A DNA stretch of 64,000 nt from Octopus vulgaris (Eukaryota): NCBI GenBank assembly GCA_951406725.2, contig OX597823.1:14756001-14820000 (forward strand), written 5' to 3'. Position numbers and translations under genes: made by a program. Shown piece by piece: positions 56,891 through 64,000 of this stretch (position 1 is its first letter; each line of letters begins with the position of its first letter). The notes under the pieces are model-generated. The model worked only from the letters and a program-made list of their open reading frames with translations, searched no databases and had not been told where the DNA came from.

Positions 56891-57277
56891 TGTGGAGGCG
56901 CAATGACCCAGTGGTTAGGGCAGCGAACTCGCGGTCGTACGATCGCGGTTTCGATTCCCAGACCGGGCGTTGTGAGTGTTTATTGAGCGAAAACACCTAA
57001 AAGCTCCACGAGGCTCCCGCAGGGGATGGTGGTGATCCCTGCTGTACTCTTTCACCACAACTTTCTCTCACTCTTACTTCCTGTTTCTGTTGTACCTGTA
57101 TTTCAAGGAGCCGGCCTTGTCACTCTCTGTGTCACGCTGAATATCCCCGAGAACTATGTTAAGGGTACACGTGTCTGTGGAGTGCGCAGCCACTTACACG
57201 TTAATTTCACGAGCAGTCTGTTCCGTTGATTCGGATCAACCGGAACCCTCGTCGTCGTAACCGACGGAGTGCTTCCA
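56891..57277 (+). mobile_element. tRNA-derived SINE family C (head GTGGAGGCGCAATG(A/G)CCCAGTGGTTAGG); second copy 60482-60855
   Basis: A/B boxes; 12-bp TSD TTTGCAATCACT (56880-56891 / 57278-57289). Confidence 0.9.
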
Positions 57278-57676
57278 TTTGCAATCACTACAATTGTTAC
57301 TATGCAACGTAGTTCTCCGGGCTTGCAGTTTTTTGGTTACGTAACCGTTTCCATACATCATAAGGTCTAGTTGTGCTTCCTCAGGTGATATATAAATATT
57401 GTAAGGCGGCGAACTGGCAGAAACGTTAGGACTCCGGGCGAAGTGCTTAGTGGTATTTCGTTTGTCATTCCGTCCGGAGTTCAATTTCCACTGAGGAGTT
57501 ACCTCCCTTATTTATAAAAATTAATCTTGGCCGAGTTGCTTCTCTTGCATATTCGCAAAGTATATTCGCAACGGACTCGTTAAGGCCTTTGACAAGTTGT
57601 TTGCATTTTGTGAATTTCTGCCGATGTAACCAGCCTCTTCTTCTCCACTTCTTGGAATCAGTGTTGTAAAAAGGGT

Positions 57677-58091
57677 GGATCTTTTCGGTTTGAACGGCTG
57701 TTTTAAACATAATTTCTAGGTAACTAAAAAATTTTAAACTTCGTATACTGGTAGAATGTGTTTATAAAACATCTTTTTTTCTTGGCTTTTTTGAGACAAT
57801 TCTATAGTTTGTAAGATATTTGTTGTTTTTTTTCCCCTTCAATTTCTGCAATTTCAACCAATCACTGACACTATTGAGGTAAAAACCATTCTGTGCCGTA
57901 TGAATATGTCCCTCGTTTAAGAAACAGATTGGGTTTATTTACGTTTGTGAAGAAAATAAGATACCCTTCCCCCCTAACCATAACCCTAAAATAGATTGAA
58001 ATGCAATAGATCGATACTAGGGTCATAATTATGGGTGACAATTTCATATGACACCGCTAGGAAAAAACTGCCGTTCAAACCGAAAAGATCC
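57677..58091. mobile_element. MITE family M, copy 3
   Basis: TIRs; perfect 8-bp TSD AAAAGGGT. Confidence 0.9.
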
Positions 58092-58334
58092 AAAAGGGTT
58101 CTTGACGCTCTGAAACAAAGATCAGATACGTTTGGCATGACAGAGCGCAAGAAGCACCAGCAGCCGAAAAACTGAACGGTAAAATTTACGCGGTCAGGGT
58201 ACTTGATTCCACGCAAAAAATCCGAAAATCGTGCGGGTGTTACTCGAAAATTTTACCAATTTCATTGAAATAATACGTTTTCGATCTCAGTTATTTGAAC
58301 AATAGAAAGTCTGTTTTATCATGTATTGTGTATG

Positions 58335-58390
<56 letters not shown>

Positions 58391-58519
58391 TGCGCGCGCG
58401 CGCGTGTGTGGAGGGGTATCTGTTAACTTTTCTTTGCTGTAGTCATTGGTTTGCGGCAATGTTAGGGCATCATTTTGAAGGATTTTATTTTTTAAACCAT
58501 GTATTTATTCTATCAGTTA

Positions 58520-58905
58520 CTAGCAGTATCGCCCGGCGTTGGTCGGGTTTGTAAGGGAAATAACTATATAAGCATTTTTAGAGATGTAAAGTATAATAGC
58601 CATCGCAATATGGTTAACAACAAAGAGGGGGAATGTTACTGTAGCTTTTTACGTTCTGAGATTTAATAATAAATTTTTAGAGAGTTATTTCCCTTATATA
58701 TGCCAAAAATGCATTAAAAATGTGAAAAATTGACGGTAATTTTTTTTTTTATCGTAGACGCGCGCTAATACCCAGAAGGGCTCGATATGAATCACGACTA
58801 TAAGATACCCGGTTTTGGTTAAACTGCACCGCAAAATGTGGGAGTAGTTAGGAATCTAAGTCGTAGGAGACAGACAGTACACAACCTTACTTTTATATAT
58901 AAAGA
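58520..58905 (-). mobile_element. Full-length non-autonomous Helitron-like element
   Basis: Minus strand reads A|TCTTTATATATAAAAG ... CCCGACCAACGCCGGG...CTAG|T: 5' TC, 3' hairpin plus CTAG, inserted in AT, no TSD. Confidence 0.75.
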
Positions 58906-59139
58906 TTTATGCCGAACTGCTAACTTATGCATGGTGGAGGTGGTGGTCACATGCACACACACACACGCATTAATGCTTGTCTTTATTTTCATTTATAATA
59001 AAAACAATCTTACATTAATCTGATAGGTTACTCCATACTTTTGTAGAGCACAAATTTATTAATTCCGTTCTGTCTGGGGAGAGTCATTTTCTTTTTGTGC
59101 CTAATCCTAATCCCTATATATTTTTTTCTACTCTAGGTA

Positions 59140-59545
59140 TTACAGGTACTTCCAGACACCCATAAAATTATCAACCATCTTACAAACAATAACTCTGAGC
59201 ACCTTTTCGAACTCCACCCATCTAACACCCGTGGACATATTTACAAAGTCAGAAAACAGCACAGCTCCCATGACTTCAGGAAACATTTTTTCACGCTGAG
59301 AGTTGCTGAAGCATGGAACAAACTGCCGGCATCAGTTGTTAGTTGTCGGAGCACTGCATCCTTCAAAACTTCCATGTTTTCTGAGATTCGCCAACACTAC
59401 ACCTGATTTTCTCCCCTCCATACACACGCAAGCATGTATCTGACTCATACATTGTTTGCTTTCCAGACATTTGTACATTACTGCATATACTCTGACAAGG
59501 TGTGGTGCACCTGAGCACTGTATACAATAATTTCATTATTATTTT
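59140..59545 (+). pseudogene. CR1-clade LINE 3' end (second copy on minus at about 24118-24383)
   Basis: ..[48 protein letters not shown], the typical CR1 ORF2 C-terminus, followed by an (ATT)-rich tail. Confidence 0.85.
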
Positions 59546-59880
59546 AATTTTATTTGCGTTTGGGCTTATGTATTGTGTACATAGATTATTGAATAAGTTG
59601 GAGTTAACAAAGCGTACGGACAGACATTTATTTGCAATCATTACAATTGTTACTATGTATTAAAGTATGATAAACTGAAAAAAGTTCTTTTTATTTTTCA
59701 TGGTAGCCGGCCAGGGTTGCACATTCTGGTTAAATCTTCCATGTGTTAACATGTACCCCCTTGCAGTGGTGTAAACTTTCATTTGATCAAGATATCCTTG
59801 GTCTGAAGAGTAGCCTGTAGCATACACCTCACTTTGATATTTACCACTTCTGAGGTTCCACTCACTATGAAACACATGTA

Positions 59881-60282
59881 GGATCTTTTCGGTTTGAACA
59901 GCAGTTTTTTCTAGCGGTGTCATATGAAATTGTCACCCATAATTATGACCCTAGTATCGATCTATTGCATTTCAATGTTTTAGGGTTAGGGGGAAGGGTA
60001 TCTTTTTTTCTTCACAAATGTAAATAAACCCAATCTGTTTCTTAAACGAGGGACATATTCATATGGCACAGAATGGTTTTTACCTCAATAGACGTATTTG
60101 ATTGGTTGAAATTGCAGAAATTGAAGAAAAAAAAACAACAAATATCTTACAAACTATAGAATTTTCTCAACAAAGCCAAGAGAAAAAGATGTTTTATAAA
60201 CACATTCTACCAGTATACGAAGTTTAAAATTTTTTAGTTACCTACAAATTAAGTTAAAAACTGCCGTTCAAGCAAAAGATCC
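59881..60282. mobile_element. MITE family M, copy 4 (inverted orientation)
   Basis: TIRs; TSD CACATGTA/CACACGTA. Confidence 0.85.
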
Positions 60283-61396
60283 CACACGTATCCCGGATCT
60301 TATCTACTCTTTTCCTTAAGTCTTAGAAGACTCTGGTCAGCCCTGGGCTATAGTAGAAGACACTTTCCCAAAGTACAGTGTAGCAGGACTAAACCCAAGA
60401 GTACATGGTTGGGAAACAAGCTTCTGAACTACACAGCAATGCCTTTGCTTATGTGTATGTATATATGTATGCATGTGTGTGTGTGGAGGCGCAATGGCCC
60501 AGTGGTTAGGGCAGCGGACTCGCGGTTTCGATTCCCAGACCAGGCGTTGTGAGTGTTTATTGAGCGAAAACACCTAAAAGCTCCACGAGGCTCCGGCAGG
60601 GGATGGTGGTGATCCCTGCTGTACTCTTTCACCACAACTTTCTCTCACTCTTACTTCCTGTTTCTGTTGTACCTGTATTTCAAAGGGCCGGCCTTGTCAC
60701 TCTCTGTGTCACGCTGAATATCCCTGAGAACTGCGTTAAGGGTACACGTGTCTGTGGAGTGCTCAGCCACTTGTACGTTAATTTCACGAGCAGGCTGTTC
60801 CGTTGATTCGGATCAACCGGAACCCTCATCGTCGTAACCGACGGAGTGCTTCCAATAATCAAATGAATAATAAGAAACAATGGATAATTGTCAGCTCATT
60901 ACGGCTGTTTCTTAGGTAACCTTTTAACAGAAAAATGAGAACTGTAATTATCAGATGAGAAGTAATTTTAAGAAAGCAAAGGAATATCCCAAGAATACAG
61001 CCAGGATGTGGCTAGAGTCTGTCAAGGCTGACTGTGAAATGGGAGAAAGAGCAGCTATGTTGGCCATTTACGTTAGGAAGGGCATCCAGCCATAGAAACA
61101 TTGCTAGATCAGACTGGGCCAGGTGCAGCCTTCTGGCTTCCCAGACCCCAGTTGACCCGTCCAACCCATGCTAGCATGGAAAGCGGACGCTAAATGATGA
61201 TGATGATGATGATGAAAAGGGTGTAATATGACATCTAAGGTCAGTGATCCGGATGAGAAGGAGTCTACTAGGCTAGATTCTAGGAAGGCTGGAGTGGAGT
61301 GTAGGAGATAATTTATTATAGTAAGCTTGGTGTATGTGTGTGTGTGTATATATATATATCATCATCATCGTTTAACGTCCGCTTTCGATGATGATG

Positions 61397-61427
<31 letters not shown>

Positions 61428-61772
61428 TATATATATGTATTTTAATCAATGAAATTCCAACCTAGTCTGATTTTTATGTTTTATCATTTACAATCTTTAC
61501 AGTTTTACAGTATTTATAATAATAGAATATTATATATTTGCTATGATAAAACTAGTACTTTCATACACTATGCAATCATCAGGTTTATGCAATAGTAACA
61601 GTCGTTTTCCACAAGTGACAACTGTTGTGAAATGATTAAATTTGTCCTTTAAATACCTTCTGATAGACTCCAGCAGGCTGAATCTTATGACCTGTATTTT
61701 GACCAATTAGTATGTTGTTTAGATGTCATGGTTTGGTGGGTGTGTCAACTAAGTTTGAATTGTATTTCGACC

Positions 61773-61822
<50 letters not shown>

Positions 61823-61826
<4 letters not shown>

Positions 61827-62002
61827 AGATCGTTAGCCACTACACACATTTTTTTCCTCTTCTTGTTTTTTCTGTGTCCCTTTCTGTAGAAGAACGTAAG
61901 CTCGAAACGTAAAAGACTTTCTCTATTCCTGAGCGTTATACTAATACATCTGTTTGTTTTGTACACCACATGTCTTCGTCTTTTGTGTTTTTCGTAAACT
62001 CT

Positions 62003-62005
<3 letters not shown>
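61823..62005 (+). mobile_element. About 180-bp (TA)n-embedded element carrying a variant hammerhead; copies 35780-35956(+), 55528-55657(+), 18396-18545(-)
   Basis: cttt-CTGT(A/G/T)GA-a-gagc-gtag-gctc-GAAA-CG-T(A/T)-aaag consensus over four copies. Confidence 0.65.
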
Positions 62006-62045
<40 letters not shown>

Positions 62046-62203
62046 CAGAGAGAGAGAGAGAGAGAACAAGCGAGAGTGAGAGAAAGGATTAGTCAAAGAG
62101 ACTTTAACTTATAAACCATGAAACACGAGAAAATTCATTACAGTTTGTTTTATTAATAAAATACTATAGCTGTTATGGTTGAAAGACAAAAGCGTTGAAT
62201 GAA

Positions 62204-62348
62204 TCAAATAATGTCACGGTCCATTGGTCGAAGAGTAGGACTATGTTGTTCGTCAACAGATACCCTTGTGTAGGATCTAGCAGATGGACAATATCTGGTG
62301 AAACGGAAGCAGCATCTCTGCCACAGATGAGGTTTGTTGGGTGGTCGT
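62204..62348 (-). CDS. Probable terminal coding exon of an unidentified upstream gene (..RPPNKPHLWQRCCFRFTRYCPSARSYTRVSVDEQHSPTLRPMDRDII*)
   Basis: Strong acceptor ttctaatttccacttccag (branch point CTAAT plus pyrimidine tract), non-repetitive open frame, TGA, AATAAA on the minus strand at 62154-62149. Confidence 0.5.
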
Positions 62349-62978
62349 CTGGAAGTGGAAATTAGAAATGGATTAATTGACATATTATCATGTTTAATGG
62401 CAGTTGTGATGGTAATGGTGGTGGGTTCAAAACATAAGAGCGCTATCACATTCTTAACTGAAGTATGATAAAGGGTTAACAGTATTATTATTAAGCAAAA
62501 TTAAATCTCTGAGTGAGATGTAAACAGTAGCAGCATGGAATCAAAGTATATTTGCCAACTAAATGTGGCAGTCCCATAGAGGACGATACTACTGTTGTCT
62601 TTTAGCCCCAGGAGGACATCTCCTCCAGCTGTGTCATTATCGAGCTGGAGATGTCCTCCTGGGGCTAGAAACAACAGTTGCATCATCCTCTATGGGACTG
62701 CCATTCACACAAAAGTAATTCAAGGAGCTTATATTTAAATTTGCAGGAATATTTACTTTCTGCAAGCTTACATTAGAAAAGAATATAAACTTCTTTATAA
62801 AGCATATAAAAATTAGCTGTACTAGACATTGCATTTATATTACATAGAGTACTTTCAATACAATAGAAAACAGAAAAACCAAAAAAAAAAGCCCAGAAGA
62901 AACTCTCCAAATACTGTACATATCCAAGGCAAACTGATTGCATTTGGAAATGCAGTAGAAGCATGAAATAAAGACAAC

Positions 62979-63026
<48 letters not shown>

Positions 63027-63155
63027 GTTTCAAATTTTGCTACAGGGGCAGTAATTTTGGGGGAGGGGATGAGTCAATTACATCAATCCCTGTGTTTAAC
63101 TGGTACTTATTTTATCGACCCCGAAAGGATGAAAGGCAAAGCCAACCTCAGTGGA

Positions 63156-63214
<59 letters not shown>

Positions 63215-63789
63215 TCTACTAAAGGCACAAAGCCTGAAATTTTGGGTAGTGGGGACGAGTTGATCACATCGACCCCAGTGTGTAACTGGTACTTAATTTA
63301 TCAACTCTGAAAGGATGAAAGGCAAAGTTGACCTCAGTGGAATTTGAACCCAGAATATAAAAGATGGGCGGAATACTGCTAAGCATTTCATCCAGCATGC
63401 TAACAATTCTTTTCATGCTGGCATGGGTTGGACAGTTTGACAGGGACAGGAGCTGGCCAGGCAGGAGCCTGCACCAGACCTCTGTGTCTGTTCTGGTACG
63501 GTTTTTACAGCTGGATCCCCTTCCTAATACCAACCACCCAGCAGATTGGACACCTTAAAATAATAATGAGGGTGGTTTCAAATTTTAGCATAAGGCCAGC
63601 AGTGTTTGAGTGGGAGGGGGGGTAGACGAGTACCCCCAAATACTTGAGTGGTACTTATTTTATTAACCTCAAAAAGGATGAAAGGCAAAGTTGAGATAGT
63701 GTACTAAAAATTCTGTTAGCTTGCTGCCTTCATAATAACAATAATAATGATGACTTCTTTATTGACCACAAAGGGTTTATATTAAGAAA

Positions 63790-64000
63790 TAATGAGGGGC
63801 AAAGATGAAGGGCAAAGATGAGGGGCAAAGATGAGTGACAAAGATGAGTAGCAAATATGAATGGCGAAGATGAGTGGCAAAGATGAGTGGCAAAGATGAA
63901 TGGCAAAGATGAATGGCAAAGAAGAAAGGCAAAGATGAGTGGCAAATATGAATGGCAAAGATGAGTGGCAAAGATGAGTGGCAAAGAAGAAAGGCAAAGA
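63790..64000. repeat. 13-bp minisatellite (TGGCAAAGATGA(G/A))n running off the window end
   Basis: Directly visible. Confidence 0.9.

Noticed and set aside
56891-56970. tRNA-like cloverleaf (also 60482, 16061, 47520)
   Set aside because: These are SINE heads continuing into SINE bodies with TSDs; the acceptor stem is not closed.
57500-59880. Non-repetitive minus-strand ORFs 57465-57710 and 59660-59923
   Set aside because: Both start within MITE TIR sequence; no recognisable domain or consistent splice sites.

Overview
AT-rich, microsatellite-dense eukaryotic DNA. The SINE/MITE repertoire looks like an octopus (coleoid cephalopod) genome; this is inferred from recognising repeat families. 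Almost all ORFs in the supplied track are microsatellite artefacts. One complete protein-coding gene can be built: a minus-strand calcyphosin-like EF-hand gene (CAPSL, 4 coding exons, 207 aa, 48998->29663), with a probable non-coding first exon and an RFX X-box near 53.55-53.60 kb. A probable terminal exon of a second minus-strand gene lies at 62.2-62.35 kb. The rest is transposon-derived: several tRNA-derived SINE families, MITEs with 8-bp TSDs and internal telomeric repeats, hAT/mariner/pogo MITEs, Helitron-like elements, and RTE, CR1 and R4/Dong-like LINE remnants. The most striking hidden layer is RNA structure. About ten Penelope-type minimal hammerhead ribozyme motifs are present, some with conserved non-canonical cores, and a GC-rich intronic island (32215-32313) holds all hammerhead core strands in a permuted, non-standard order.
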